Shown: in pieces, positions 15,435 through 36,229 of the stretch
How positions within the stretch are numbered: the stretch's first letter is position 1
Layout of the letters: the number at the start of each line of letters is the position of its first letter
Source of the DNA: Macrostomum lignano
Lineage: Eukaryota
Assembly: GCA_002269645.1 (NCBI GenBank)
Contig: NIVC01000501.1
Span: forward strand, 62,001-126,000
Length of the DNA: 64,000 nucleotides
Reading direction: 5' to 3'
The notes under the pieces: generated by a model
What the model was told of the DNA's origin: nothing
Databases searched by the model: none
The model's input: only the letters and a program-made list of their open reading frames with translations
Position numbers and translations under genes: made by a program

Positions 15435-16132
15435 TTCCTATCTTAATTTTGGGAAATCCCGATCATGAGTTTCGGGAATCCCGGTATTGAATTTGGGGAA
15501 TCCCGATCTTGAGTTTAGGGAATCCCGATCATGATTTTGAGAAATCCCGATCTTGAGTTTGGGGAATCCCGATCTTGAGTTTAGGGAATCCCGATCTTCA
15601 GTTTAGGTAATCCCGATTATGATTTTGAGTAATCCCGATCATGAGTTTTGGGGGAATCCCGATCTTGAGTTTGGGGGGAATCCCGATCTTGAGTTTGGGG
15701 AATCCCGATCTTGAGTTTAGGGAATCCCCGATCTTGAGTTTGGGGAATCCCGATCTTGAGTTTGGGGAAATCCTGATCTTGAGGTGGGGAAATGCCGAAC
15801 ATGATTTTGAGGAATCACAATCTTGAGTTTGGGGAATCCGGGAATCCCGATCTTCAGTTTAGGTAATCCCGATTATGATTTTGAGTAATCCCGATCATGA
15901 GTTTTGGGGGAATCCCGATCTTGAGTTTGGGGGGAATCCCGATCTTGAGTTTGGGGAATCCCGATCTTGAGTTTAGGGAATCCCCGATCTTGAGTTTGGG
16001 GAATCCCGATCTTGAGTTTGGGGAAATCCTGATCTTGAGGTGGGGAAATGCCGAACATGATTTTTAGGAATCACAATCTTGAGTTTGGGGAATCCGGGAA
16101 TCCCGATCTTGAGTTTGGGGAATCCCGATCTT
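15435..16132. repeat. ~21-bp minisatellite (GGGAATCCCGATCTTGAGTTT) with a 256-bp higher-order duplication
   Basis: Identical ORFs at 15617 and 15873 are offset by 256 bp. Confidence 0.9.
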
Positions 16133-17089
16133 GCTTGTTTACTCTCAACACCAGCAGTTGCGACAAATACGCAATCTAAACCACTGTATTTATTACTTTT
16201 GTGTTTCTATTACTTCTAGTAGGAAGTTGCGCAAAAATCGAGACATATTTGCTCTTCAGTTGATTTAATATACTGAAAGCATAACTAAACATGAAATAAG
16301 GGTATTTATCTTGCCTTCTTGCTCAAGTCGAGTAGAAAATGCCAGGATTAAGCGTCTGTCTGCTTTTATTTTCGCCACATTGGCTATCGTCTTACAAGGA
16401 GGGCGATCGCCTGCTGCCTAAACAGCAAAGCATGCCAGCTCACGTTTAACGAAGAAATTTCCTACAGAATCATTTGAGCAGCTGTTTACAGGCTCACCTT
16501 ACCGCGGCGATTTTTTGTCTGAATCGGAACTGTCCATGAGGAGACAACGGCGAGGATTTTCGCACACGAACGAGCAGTGCACTGCTGAGAAAACAAATAA
16601 TCCAATCGATGATGACCCAGGGTAATTTTCCGAAACAAAGTCAGGAATCGGAATTACACTGAGCGGGCTTGCTCGTGGTTCGTGCTCATTTTCTTGCTGT
16701 TTGAAGCGAAATCTTGCTTGCCTGGCCAGATCGACAGGTGCCCTCGCTTCCTTTCCTTGCCTACTTACCCATGCCTCATTTAACTGTTATTAAGGGTGAC
16801 GGGTGCAACTGCATGCTGCACGGCTATTTTTAGCTCTGCATTTTCATTTTAATGCGAATTGAATTCCAAAAGACTGCAAACTAACTTTTCTCTTTACTCT
16901 TTTTGTCGGAACCTGCTAGCTGGCGTCCTTGTTGCTTAATTTTGTGTCCGTTTTCAGTCGGAATGCTTTGTCTGTCTCGGTTCGGTCGCTGACAGACAAG
17001 CTCGAAATTTCACATTATCGAATTCGTTTTAAGCTGTCAGCCGGCAAGACTATTCTATGGTTTTCCACGATTGTGAATTTCGAGATTGT

Positions 17090-17552
17090 AGTTGTGACGT
17101 TTCGAGCTTGAGATTGTGACGTTTCTTCGTTGTGGTTGTGACGTTTCTTCGTTGTGGTTGTGACGTTTCTTCGTTGTGGTTGTGACGTTTCTTCGTTGTG
17201 GTTGTGACGTTTCTTCGTTGTGGTTGTGACGTTTCTTCGTTGTGGTTGTGACGTTTCGAGCTTGAGATTGTGATGTTTCGAGCTTGAGATTGTGACGTTT
17301 CGAGCTTGAGATTGTGATGTTTCGAGCTTCGTTGTGGTTGTGACGTTTCGAGCTTGAGATTGTGATGTTTCGAGCTTGAGATTGTGACGTTTCGAGCTTG
17401 AGATTGTGATGTTTCGAGCTTGAGATTGTGATGTTTCGAGCTTTAGATTGTGATGTTTCGAGCTTGAGATTGTGATGTTTCGAGCTTGAGATTGTGATGT
17501 TTCGAGCTTTAGATTGTGATGTTTCGAGCTTGAGATTGTGACGTTTCGAGCT
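17090..17552. repeat. Two related ~22-bp minisatellites sharing a TTGTGACGTTTC core
   Basis: Direct reading of tandem units. Confidence 0.9.
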
Positions 17553-18089
17553 TTTGAAACGCCCCCGTCTCCGTTCTGTATCTTCCCGTCTGTCGGTCTG
17601 CCCTTGGTCTGTCCTACTGGCTTTGCTAAAGTATATAATCAAGCACTGCTTGGCTAAAAAAGCACTCACTTCATAATTGTTGCTCTTGTCCATGCTTGCT
17701 CTTGAGCAAAGGAACCTAAACAGGGCTGAGTATAACTCTCTATGTATAATTATCTCTTTTGTGACTTGAGCCAAGTTACTTCACTACCCATAGTGTTTTT
17801 AGAAACTCTTGATTACCACCTCGGAGTCACAAATCTGCAAGAACTCAATGCAGCTTTCCTCATCTGTTGCGAGTTAAATCCCTTAAAAGCTATGATTCTC
17901 AAAAGCCGAAGCTTAACCTAAGATTTACGATGCACATTCAGCATGATCTGTTTCGAGAGTTGACCTAATTTGAACTTGAAAATAACTACATACATAGTAT
18001 TCCCATGCTGTGAAAATTCTCAAAAGGGTCTTTTGAGGGGCAAATACCCGGTATTTGACATTGCTGTGACTCTCTCCCCCAATCCATCC

Positions 18090-18545
18090 ATGAAAATCGC
18101 CCGGAATTCACTCATGAAAATCGCCCGGAATTCACTCATGAGAATCGCCCGGAATTCACTCATAAGAACCGTCCCGAATTTACTCATAAGAATCGCCCAG
18201 AATTCACTCATGAGAATCGCCCAGAATTTACTCATGAGAATCGCCCGAATTCACTCATGAGAATCGCCCGAATTCACTCATGAGAATCGCCCGGAATTCA
18301 CTCATGAGATTCGCCCAGAACTCACTCATGAGAATCGCCCAGAATTCACTCATGAGAATCGCCCCGAATTCACTCATGAGATTCGCCCAGAATTCACTCA
18401 TGAGAATCGCCCAGAATTCACTCATGAGAATCGCCCAGAATTCACTCATGAGAATCGCCCCGAATTCACTCATGAGAATCGCCCAGAATTCACAAATGAG
18501 AATCGCCCAGAATTCACTCATGAGAATCGCCCGAATTCACTGAAG
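18090..18545. repeat. 24-bp minisatellite ATGAGAATCGCCCAGAATTCACTC
   Basis: Gives MRIAQNSL 8-aa repeats in the ORF track. Confidence 0.92.
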
Positions 18546-19405
18546 AGAATCGCATCGTAAAATCGAAAAGATTTATGGCTTCAGAACAAAATTTATATAT
18601 TTGTTTAACTTCATTCTACGCATGTACAATTGGTTTGCTTTGCTGTTTGATAAGACGCAGTAAGAGCTGGGATTTCATATACGAGTATTATAAGGCTCTG
18701 TGGCAATAAAAATTTACTTTGGGTTCACAATTTTAAGTCCAGACGTTAGTGGGATTGTAAAAAATAAATTTTGCAACTGGTAGAAGAAACTTCTGACAAC
18801 AATACAAGATCACGCGATAAGGCAATCACTACGAAATTCGAACGTTGAAATTAACTTTAATTTCCTTTTCCTGGCCAATGAGTTATTCGGTACTCAACTC
18901 AACAGCTTGAGAACTTAACAGGGGCGAAGCATGAAAGTTTTCTAAACTTGCTTCCTTTATTAAAATTTGTTGACGCTTCAGTTTCGGCCGAAAAAGTACA
19001 AATAAATGATCCAAATTAGACCAATCCGGAAATTTGTTTAAAATATTACGCATTTTAAGAAATCCCGTAGATTTAAATTATTATTTCGTGACAAAGTTTT
19101 CAACAGATTTTTCACTTCAAAGACCAATGCTTATAAAGTGAATGAAAATTGAATTTTTTGTTATGAGAAGCAAAGCAACCATTTTGTTATAATGCGTCTA
19201 TAGTTCGTTATAGTTCGTATTATAACAAAACGATAGAATTTTTTTTATTAAAAAACTCCGGGACGGACAGAATCGGACGACGGGGCTGAGAGACACGGAG
19301 GAAAGAGAACGGGAACAGCATCAGGAGACATAAAAATTCCCAATATGTTTTGTAAGCCAAACCCCTGCTACTACAAAATTACAAATTAATATTATTTTGT
19401 TCTGT

Positions 19406-21643
19406 TCACGAGGAAACGTGCTGCGGCTGGTGAATCTTGCGCTCCACCTGGGCCAGGTATTTCTCCGGGATGCCGGCCGCGCGCAGTTCGGCCAATTTGC
19501 GATTCTTGGCCTCCTCAAGCCGCATCCTGCGCAGTCTGGCCTCCTCATCGGTCTTAACTGCCTCCTCGAAGAACGCGTTGCGCTCCTGGATCTTTTCGCG
19601 CTCCTTCTGTTGAATCTGGCGACGGATTTCGTCGTTGTATTTTCTCCGGCGAACGTCGTGATCGGCCTCTTCGCGCTTGTCCTTCTCAATCAGCTCCTTC
19701 TGGGCTTTCAGGACTCGCTCGAATTCCGCGCGCTCGCGAGCCGCCTGCGCCGCCAAGAAGTGCTGCTTCTGGGACAGCTGAGCCGCCCGGGCCTCCTGGG
19801 AGTGTGCAGGTCACAGGTTGGGGCGCGGTTAAGCTGGGCTGGGTAGTAGTCCGGGGGGTTGGCTGTGACGGGGCTGGGATTCGGAGTTCGGGAGTTGATT
19901 ATGGCGGGTCTGGGAGAGGACTTCTTGGGGTTGTCTGTGGCAGGGAAGGGGCAGGGTTAACTGTGTCGAGGCCGGGTCTAGTAGTTCTGGGGGGTTGGCT
20001 GTGGCGGGGCTGGGGTAGGAGTTCTGAGGGATTGGCTGTGACGGAGCTGGGGTAGGAATTCTGGGGTGTAGGCTGTGGCGGGGCTGGGGTAGGAGTTCTG
20101 AGGGGGCTGGCTGTGACGGGGCTGGGGTAGGAATTCTGGGGTGTAGGCTGTGGCGGGGCTGGAGTAGGAGTTCTGAGGGGGCTGGCTGTGACGGGGCTGG
20201 GGTAGGAATTCTGGGGTGTAGGCTGTGGCGGGGCTGGGGTAGAAATTCCGGGGTGTAGGCTGTGGCGGGGCTGGGGGTTCTGAGGGTTTGTGACGGGAAC
20301 GAGTTTAGGGACGGGGGGATTAAACAGCCTATAACAACTGAACAACTAAAGTGAAGTGAAAAACTCACCTGCAGGTCGGCCTCCACTTCTTTCCTCTTCA
20401 GGGCCTCCTCGGCCTCCTTGCGGCGCCACTCGCGTTCGGCTGCCTCAGCCGCCCGCTTCGCCCTCAGCGCGTCCCGCTCAGCCTGCTCGTCGCTCGCCCG
20501 CTCCTGCATAGCGCGGAGTCGGGCCACCTCCTTTTCCTTCTCGGCCTTGATTCGTTCCTGCTCCGCCTCGTAGGCGGCCTCCCTTTCGGCTTTGTCGCGC
20601 TGGAACTGCAGCACCTTCTCCTCCAGGGCCTTCTCCTGCACCTTCACGACCTCCCTGCGCTTCATGATTTCTTCGTTGGCTTTGTTGAGCTCCTCTCTCA
20701 GCCGGTCCTGCTCAGCTCGCTTCCGCTCCAGCTTCACCTTCTCTTCCTCCATCAGGCGCTCCAGGTACTTGGCCATGGCCACGTTCTCCTGATCTTTGCG
20801 CTCGAGTTCGAGCAGTTTGTCCTGCTCGTTCTCGTGAATCTGCTCCACAATCTTCGAGGCGCCGACCATTTCGTTCTCGCGCCGCTTCTTCTCGATCTCC
20901 TCCTGGATGCGGATGGCGTTGCGCCTGTCGATCTCCATCATCTCGTCCAGACGCACCTCCTCGTCGCGCAGTTCGCGGCCCATCTCCTCGCGCTCGAGAA
21001 TCTGAGCGTCGCGGATGGCGTGGCATTTGGCATTGAGAATGAGCTCGTTGAGCCGCTTGATCTCGTCCTCCTGCTCCTGACGCTGCAGCATCGCCTTCTG
21101 CAGCAGGTGCTCCGCCTTCTCCTTGGCCTCCTCCTCCAGATCCGTGAGCTTCTCGCTCTTCTTCCTGCTCACGTCCAGCTGCTTGAATTTGTTCTTGCGC
21201 TGCATCACGGCGTCCTGCTCCTCCTCCTCGTGCCTCTTGGCGGCCTGGTGCTGCGCCTCGCGCTCCTCCTCGGTCGAGAAGCGGCTCTTGGCCTTGATGC
21301 GCAGGTACTCGGAGAACGGCAGCACCAGCGAGTTGCCACTCGGATCCTCGTGCGGCACGATCAGGTCACGGATGAGGTCTTTGGTCACCACCTGGACGCG
21401 CTCCCGAGGTGGGCTGCCGCTCAGACGCTGACGGCGACGCGCCTGACGTTGGGCGGCCTCTCGTTCGATGGCGTCCCCACCGGACGCCTGCTGTTGCTTC
21501 TGGTGATCCTTGCGCTGAGTGACCCGATGGGGCTCGCCGAACAGACTCTCGTCGACTGTGGAGTGCGGGCAGATGGTCCGGTAGCGCTGCTGCTGGGCCC
21601 GGCGACCACCGGAGGATTGGGACAGAGCGCTGCTTGACGGCAT
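19406..21643 (-). CDS. CFAP45: Cilia- and flagella-associated protein 45 (CCDC19); exons 21643-20369 and 19795-19406
   Basis: N-terminal STVDESLFG, QEQEDEIKRLNELILNAKCHAIRDAQILE and C-terminal KLAELRAAGIPEKYLAQVERK are characteristic CFAP45 motifs. Phase-0 intron CAG|gtgagt...cccag|GAG. Confidence 0.93.
19850..20285. repeat. G-run-rich minisatellite in the CFAP45 intron
   Basis: GGCTGTGGCGGGGCTGGGGTAGGA-type units. Confidence 0.85.
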
Positions 21644-21813
21644 CTCTTGTTGGATTTTGTTCCTTTCTGATCTGCTGCTTTCGCTGCTTCAAGTTTGAAT
21701 TGCTTTTACCTGCCTCGTTAATTTGCAGCAGAATTTTGATCTCTTTCTGGGGGCCTTGCAGGGTAAATAAATGGCTCGTTTGAGTCGCTTTAAACTGGCC
21801 GCCTTCAAACTCC

Positions 21814-21823
21814 GTTGCTATGG
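21814..21823. promoter_or_regulatory. Partial RFX X-box (GTTGCTATGG) ~170 bp upstream of the CFAP45 start
   Basis: Matches the first 10 nt of GTTGCYATGGCAAC; CFAP45 is a motile-cilia gene of the RFX-regulated class. Confidence 0.35.
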
Positions 21824-22509
21824 ACCGACGCGGTGGGGTGGGCACATCAGCCCCAAGTCCGCTCTTTACCTGCACAGTTTCTAACCCCAGCGTACTGCGG
21901 CCTTGACAACAGCGCACTGCCTGCCCCTCAGCCCCCGCCTGTCTCTCCCTCTCTCCCTCCCTATCTCTCTATACCAAGGGCTGCAATATAGCTGGCAGGC
22001 CCAGACTTGGTTGGCAAGGCTTTGAGACTATGCAGTATGCGGGCTACAGCAGAGCAGCTTTTCTGTACGCTTGGCGAGAAGGATTCTTCTGGGCAAGGAG
22101 GCTCCAGGCTCAGTTCTCTTCTCTTCTCAGCCACTAGCTTAAACAGCCATTGTGCAGCGCATGCGTACCTGGCAAGTTTCACCCTATTCTACGCTGCGTC
22201 ATTCTCTTCGTCTGCCTCCATACCTGCGACACCCCAGTAACCAGTGCATACACGTTGCATTTTCTCTCCAACCACAGGAGGGTAGGTGCAGAGGACGGAG
22301 GGAGCTGGAGCGCATTGTCGTCCTCCACCCTGCGTAGCCTTGTAATAATGGCCCACCCAATTTACTACTAAATTATTTCTCTTGTCGTAAACTACTCATA
22401 GTAGCTAGTGCTAATATATAGCTCTTATTGCATTGTCTCTTTACAGTATACAATCACTTAATAATTGCCTTTGCTATTTTGCTAGGGTACCCACAGTTAC
22501 CAAATGTTG

Positions 22510-23265
22510 TTGGCGCCAAAACTCTAAATGTTGGCGCCTCCCCCCCTCAACTATGAATGTCGGCGCCCCCCCACTCTAAATGTTGGCGCCTCCCCCCCTC
22601 AACTATGAATGTCGGCGCCCCCCCACTCTAAATGTTGGCGCCCCCCCCCCCAACTCTGAATGTCGGCGCCCCCCCACTCTAAATGTTGGCGCCCCCCCCC
22701 ACTCTGAATGTTGGCGCCCCTCGATCCACTCTGAATGTTGGCGCCCCCCACTCTGAATGTTGGCGCCCCCCACTCTGAATGTTGGCGCCCCCTCGATCCA
22801 CTCTGAATGTTGGCGCCCCCCCACTCTGAATGTTGGCGCCCCCCACTCTGAATGTTGGCGCCCCCTCGATCCACTCTGAATGTTGGCGCCCCCCCACTCT
22901 GAATGTTGGCGCCCCCCCACTCTGAATGTTGGCGCCCCCCACTCTGAATGTTGGCGCCCCCTCGATCCACTTTGAATGTTGGTGCCCCCCACTCTGAATG
23001 TTGGCGCCCCCCCACTTTGAATGTTGGCGCCCCCCAACTCTGAATGTTGGCGCCCCCCCACTCTGAATGTTGGCGCCCCCCCCACTCTGAATGTTGGCGC
23101 CCCCCAACTCTGAATGTTGGCGCCCCCCCCAACTCTGAATGTTGGCGCCCCCCCACTCTGAATGTTGGCTCCCCCCAACTTTGAATGTTGGCGCCCCCCC
23201 CCCAACTCTGAATGTTGGCGCCCCCCAACTCTGAATATTGGCGCCCCCAAACTCTTAATGTTGGC
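22510..23265. repeat. ~22-24-bp minisatellite CCCCCCACTCTGAATGTTGGCG
   Basis: Direct reading; source of the GGANIQS ORFs. Confidence 0.93.
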
Positions 23266-24049
23266 ACTCTCCAGCTCAAAAGTACAACTGAATGTGTACT
23301 ATTAAATCTGCTCTCGGTTAAGTGCAGCATTGTTTTGGAATTTTGAGATATTTTTGTCATCTAGCCCAATCTCTTGCCCCACCCCACGTAAGTACACAAC
23401 AAATCAGTGATGGGTGTTAACGGATTAATAAGTTAGCCCTGAGTTCCAATTTTCCTATCTAAGATGCAGCAGCTGAGGCCCCCAACCTCTCCCTTTGTCA
23501 GCTGCAATCGGGATTTTCTGGGAATCTCTGCCGATATGAGGATGAAGATTATGGAATGGCGAACGCAGATGCTGACGACACCGATATGAGGCTTATAGAA
23601 ACCCGAACGTCTTAGATGAAGATTTTGGAGGCAGGCGAGGAAAGAAGGAAAGACATGCCAGGCGGAAGCTTATCGAGCTGTCATTTCCTCCGACATCATT
23701 CGAGGGTCTCTCTGAGGAGAATTCCAGGTTTCACTGCATCGGAGGGGAAACGAGAAGAGGAAAGCCGCTATCTGTAGAGGGGACAGGAAGTTTGCGGAAG
23801 TGAGGATAATTATGATACAATATTGTATACATGTAGTGGAGTTAACAGGAAACTCCAGATATAGAAATGCTTCGAAATATTTTAGAGAGGCCTAAGTAAG
23901 AGGTCATAAAGTACGGGTGCGGCCTCAGTGAGTGCAAGGTCTGATGAGTGCACCATGGCGACCTCAGTTGGCACCTGCGATTTTGATGAGTTGTGGGAAA
24001 TTCTATCGAATGTTTAGATGAGGGGGGTAGCAGAAAGGTTAGAGGATAG

Positions 24050-24260
24050 CTGTGACCCCTGAACCCCTGAAGCATCAGGAGAGGGGGTAGCTGTGACCCC
24101 TGAAGCATCAGGTGAGGGGGTAGCTGTGACCCCTGAAGCATCAGGTGAGGGGGTAGCTGTGACCCCTGAAGCATCAGGTGAGGGGGTAGCTGTGACCCCT
24201 GAAGCATCAGGTGAGGGGGTAGCTGTGACCCTGAAGCATCAGGTGACGGGGTAGCTGTGA
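24050..24260. repeat. 33-bp minisatellite GTAGCTGTGACCCCTGAAGCATCAGGTGAGGGG
   Basis: About 6 tandem units. Confidence 0.9.
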
Positions 24261-24522
24261 CCCCTTGTGAAGGCCAGCAAAGCCGGGAACAAACTTCACA
24301 GGTGCAGTGACAGTTCCCCTCGCACTGCCACCCACTGTGTCTCCCGTTCCCAGCCCACCCAGCTCGCATTGGCTGCGGCTCTGCAGGCCCAATCCCCGGT
24401 CTAACTTTCAGTGTCAGTGCAGAGCCCATCGCTTGTATAAAACTCAGTCGCATCCAGCAGGATTCGAACCTCCGCTGCCGCTTATTCAATCAGCAATAGT
24501 TCCGCCTCTACAGCCAAGTCAG

Positions 24523-30713
<6,191 letters not shown>

Positions 30714-30802
30714 TGGACGAGAATTATTTTTCTGACGAAATGGAATGAAAATTACAATTTTGCTGCGTTCCTGCATCTCATAATTAATCTGCTTTGGCCC
30801 AC

Positions 30803-30963
30803 CTGTCTGTCTGTCTGTGTGTGTGTCTGTCTGTTTCTCTGTGTGTCTGTCTGTCTTTCTGTCTGTCTCTCTGTGTGTCTGTCTGTCTGTCTCTCTGTGT
30901 GTCTGTCTGTCTGTGTGTGTGTCTGTCTGTCTGTCTGTCTGTCTCTCTGTGTGTCTGTCTGTA

Positions 30964-31038
<75 letters not shown>

Positions 31039-31039
31039 G

Positions 31040-31126
<87 letters not shown>
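30803..31126. repeat. (TCTG)/(TG) microsatellite
   Basis: Direct reading. Confidence 0.95.
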
Positions 31127-32241
31127 TTTTTGTTGTTCCTCTGTCTGTCGCTTGTATTGTCTAAGTTTCCACCTGTCTAAGTACAGTCTGCCCGTGTTAG
31201 TCCCTAACCCTGCTCCTCAATATCCGCGCCCTACCAGCTATCCGACATTTCTCTGTCGATCTCGCCTCATCTGTCGCCCCCTTCCCCCTAATCCCCCCTG
31301 AGGCAGCCGCAAACAGCCGCTGGGAAGTCGCCAGCCACCTCTTCAATTCGTGTTAATCGCTACAGAACCGACCCCAGCAGCCAGCAAAGCCTACAGAAGC
31401 CCCAACTTACAAAAGCTACCTGAAAGAAATCAAATATCGTGGTAGATTAAGAAAATGTCTGTTTGCAGCCTCCCTCTCCATCCTGGTGTCCTTGCGTCGC
31501 ACTTTCTTTTTATTTGCTCATAGAAGGTTGGAGACACAGGTAGAGAGGGAGAGACTAGGGACCAAATTTGTCCAGTTTCCCATCGACTGTTTGCCATGGC
31601 TGGGTCTCTCAGACTCTTCCTGCCTCTCCAAAGTCCCTTTATCAATCTATCCATCTTCAGCGCACTTCTGTTTGAGCACCCTGAGCTGGGTAAGCTGTCA
31701 TCTAAGTTTGAACGAGAATTTCTTCTTCTCTCTATCCTTGTGACAGTTGCAGTTCGCATTAAAATTAAAGAAAATTTTTTCAAAATTTGACAAAACCCAG
31801 ATATAGGAATAACTAACCGTTAGAGCCACGGAACCCGACCATTTCCCTCATACGAGCGTATGGATCTCAAGTTCTCAACTCCGAGAATATTACACTACAC
31901 CTACATCTAAACATGTCCCAAGGCGACATGTCACAATCATTCAAATTTGACATTGTGAGACTGCATCACTTGAACTGTTGTATTCTGAAAAGCACCAAAC
32001 TTGTTATAACATAGTACAGTAATATTTTTATTGCATAAAAGGAAAGCGCACTGCCCCATGCTTTTGTCAAAATCTCACGCTGTTTACTGCAACCTCCCAA
32101 TTATTTTAAACATTTTTATCGACTATGCAACTGCTCGTAGTCTTAGGTACTCCATACTTGTAATTTTGATGTTGTGTATTTTTCGCGTTAAATAAATTTC
32201 ATATTGACGAGGAAATCTAACCATTGCTGGTCTATATTTTT

Positions 32242-32931
<690 letters not shown>

Positions 32932-33364
32932 AAATAAGTACGAAATGCACTTTATAGCGCGGGTCCCGAGGCAATAGGCAGTTAGCTGGTAATGCAAGGT
33001 GTCAATAAAAGGAGAGCTATGGATAATCCAACCCCTACTTCTGCGTCTTTCTTTCTGGTTTATAGATTTATGAAGCGTCTATCATGAACTCGAAGCTCCA
33101 CTGTTTGTATACTGTTACCTGATCGAAATCTTTTTTTGATTAATCCGATGTCTGGGGGAGTGCGAATAACTTGATGATGCAAAACACACGATTTCGTGAC
33201 CGGCCAAGTGCGGGAACAGTTCGAAATTTGATCCCGAATGCCTGCCCGGGGCGATACGGCAAGCGGTCGAATCGATGGCTGCGCGCCGGTTGAAAATCTG
33301 CTCTGTGATCGGTAAAGTTGTACAGTGATAGCGGTATTGCTGAAGACTTTAAGTGTGATAATTG

Positions 33365-33415
<51 letters not shown>

Positions 33416-34239
33416 GGTTGCTGGAATTTCCATGGCCTGCCCCTGAACTGCAGTTGTACTTTAAGAAAATAATAGCTTGGTAAAACCAGATTAGCTGCTT
33501 AACTAAGGTATTCTAATTTCGTTCCAAAACACATGACAAAATTATGCCTTTCAATAACTTTGCCCCCCCCCTGATGATTTACCGAGGTGTAATGGAAATA
33601 CATCCCATTTCGGTGGGTATACTGGGATTAATTAAGTATTGTTCCCCAGTCGAGCATGTAGCTGCAAACGTTATTAAAAGGCCTATACTGGAGTTTATCC
33701 AGCCTTGAGCTCCGTGAAAGCTCGGCTTTACACAATGTGCCCAGATCATCAGGCTGAGTGGTAATTCGCTCTCAAAGATCAGCGCTTGAGACAGCTTTAT
33801 TATTTACGCTTATTTAATACATTGTAGGAGTATTTATACGGATAAACTGGAGTATTTAAGCGGGATTACCATTGGCTAGTAGACGATAATCTCTTTACGG
33901 GCTCCCAGACCGAGGCTGGCAGCAGAGATGATGGATCGAATATTTTTTGGGTAACTCAACTCAAAAATTATATTTCCCACTTGAGCAGTCGTACTACAGT
34001 AAACACGCAGGAGACTCACTTCATTTGTATTCCTTCAAATTGATGTACGAATATAGAGGATTACTTACAGCTCGATTCTCAACTTCTCCCCCCTCCCCCC
34101 TAGAGACCGATCTGTTTAGCTCACCGATATTAAATTCCCCTCCCTTGCGCTGCATCGCCGGACAACTGACAGCATGGAGAAATTCTTTTTGAGGTAAAAG
34201 ACAGACTGGCATAAATATCTACAGCTGATCTGTTTAACC

Positions 34240-35525
34240 TCATCCCTGTCTCCCTCATCCCTCTGTCTCCCGCATCCCTCTGTCTCTCTTATCCCTGTCT
34301 CCCTCATCCCTTCTGTCTCCCGCATCCCTGTCTCCCTCACCCCTCTGTTTCCCTCATCCCTCTGTTTCCCTCATTCCCTCTATCTCCCTCATCCCTCTCT
34401 GTCTACCTCATCCCTCTCTATCTCCCTCATCCCTCTCTATCTCCCTCACCCCTCTGTCTCCCTCACCCCTCTGTTTCCCTCATCCCTCTGTTTCCCTCAT
34501 TCCCTCTGTCTCCCTCATCCCTACGGCGGCAAACGCATCACTAGCCTAAGTACTATATTATTATCCCCTAGCTGTTTACATCAGCAATCAAGGACACACT
34601 ATTTCGTTTTAACACCTGTCGATCTGAGAGGAGGGTTTGAGAATTTTCTTCTGAACAACGGCGCCTCCGGCTAACAATTACGGAATGGAATTCGATAGTT
34701 GAACGAGTTTGATCTGCTAATTAGCACTCCGATTTATTATTGGGATCAGAAAGTTTACCCCCAGGGGTTCACGATTACCTGGATCAACTCTCGGAGCAAA
34801 ACAGAACGTACTATTTTTTCGTTTAAAAAACATTGATCCCCACCTCAGGAAAATTGCGATTAGTGAGGGTGGAGAGGGGTGAGGGAGACAGGGAGAGGGG
34901 TGAGGGAGACTGGGAGAGGGGTGAGGGGAGACTGGGAGAGGGGTGAGGGAGACAGGGAGAGGGGTGAGAGGAGACTGGGAGAGAGGTGAGGGGAGACTGG
35001 GAGAGGGGTGAGGGGAGACTGGGAGAGAGGTGAGGGGAGACTGGGAGAGAGGTGAGGGGAGACTGGGAGAGGGGTGAGGGGAGGCAGGGAGAGAGGTGAG
35101 GGAGACAGGGAGAGGGGTGAGGGAGACAGGGAGAGAGGTGAGGGAGACAGGGAGAGAGGTGAGGGAGACAGGGAGAGAGGTGAGGGAGACAGGGAGAGGG
35201 GTGAGGGAGACAGGGAGAGAGGTGAGGGAGACAGGGAGAGAGGTGAGGGAGACAGGGAGAGAGGTGAGGGAGACAGGGAGAGAGGTGAGGGAGACAGGGA
35301 GAGAGGTGAGGGGAGACTGGGAGAGGGGTGAGGGAGACAGGGAGAGAGGTGAGGGGAGACTGGGAGAGGGGTGAGGGAGACAGGGAGAGAGGTGAGGGAG
35401 ACAGGGAGAGAGGTGAGGGAGACAGGGAGAGAGGTGAGGGAGACAGGGAGAGAGGTGAGGGAGACAGGGAGAGAGGTGAGGGAGACAGGGAGAGAGGTGA
35501 GGGGAGACTGGGAGAGGGGTGAGGG
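34240..35525. repeat. Two related GA/CT-rich minisatellites in opposite orientation (34240-34520 and 34870-35525)
   Basis: TCTCCCTCACCCCTCTG-type units on the left, GAGGGGTGAGGGAGACAGG-type units on the right. Confidence 0.85.
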
Positions 35526-36229
35526 AAACAGTTAGGAATGAGGAAGGTAGAAAGGGATTAGGGACATGATATTATGGCCGTAACATAACCATAAATAACG
35601 TCACATTCTGGTCATAGAGTGCGCCACATTCTGGTCATGGAGTGCGCCACATTTTGGTCATAGAGTGCGTCATATTCTGGTCATAGAGTGTGTCATATTC
35701 TGGTCATAGTGTGTGTTATATTCTAGTCATAGTGTGGCATTTACAGATGGAAAAGCCTTCATTTTACGATGCGAGAAATTATGATCACACAGATTCTCGT
35801 AAAACATTTTAATAGACTCTGTCTCTGCTACTCGTGCATGCAGTTTGATCATTGATCATGGATTTGTTCTTACAGTGTCTTAAATATCTTGCAAACATGT
35901 ACAGAAAGAAACCCAACAGTTTTTGTAATAAGACACTAACAAGAAAGAATAAAATTATATTTGCTTTATTGAACACAGAGCCAGACAGTCTTCTAATACA
36001 CTAAAGGGTCAGCAAAGGTGTTTACGCGTAATTAGACTAGGCTGACATGACTCACAGCTATTACTATTGAGGATCGAAGAAACTAACGCTAAAGGTAAAG
36101 CAAATTTGAGTAATTTGAGTTTCGTGCCGGCACTAATTAAAATGATTACGGTTGCAATGGACTTTTTTAAAGATAAATTGGATTATTCATTCTTATTCAA
36201 TCAAGGTATCTAAATATGATTTATAAGGG

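Noticed and set aside
24430-24480. tRNA B-box-like GGTTCGAATCC on the minus strand (similar motif at ~27225-27240)
   Set aside because: No A-box or cloverleaf; at most truncated SINE remnants.
31150-31800. Long open frames on both strands downstream of the GPCR
   Set aside because: No recognisable domain, start context or convincing splice pair.
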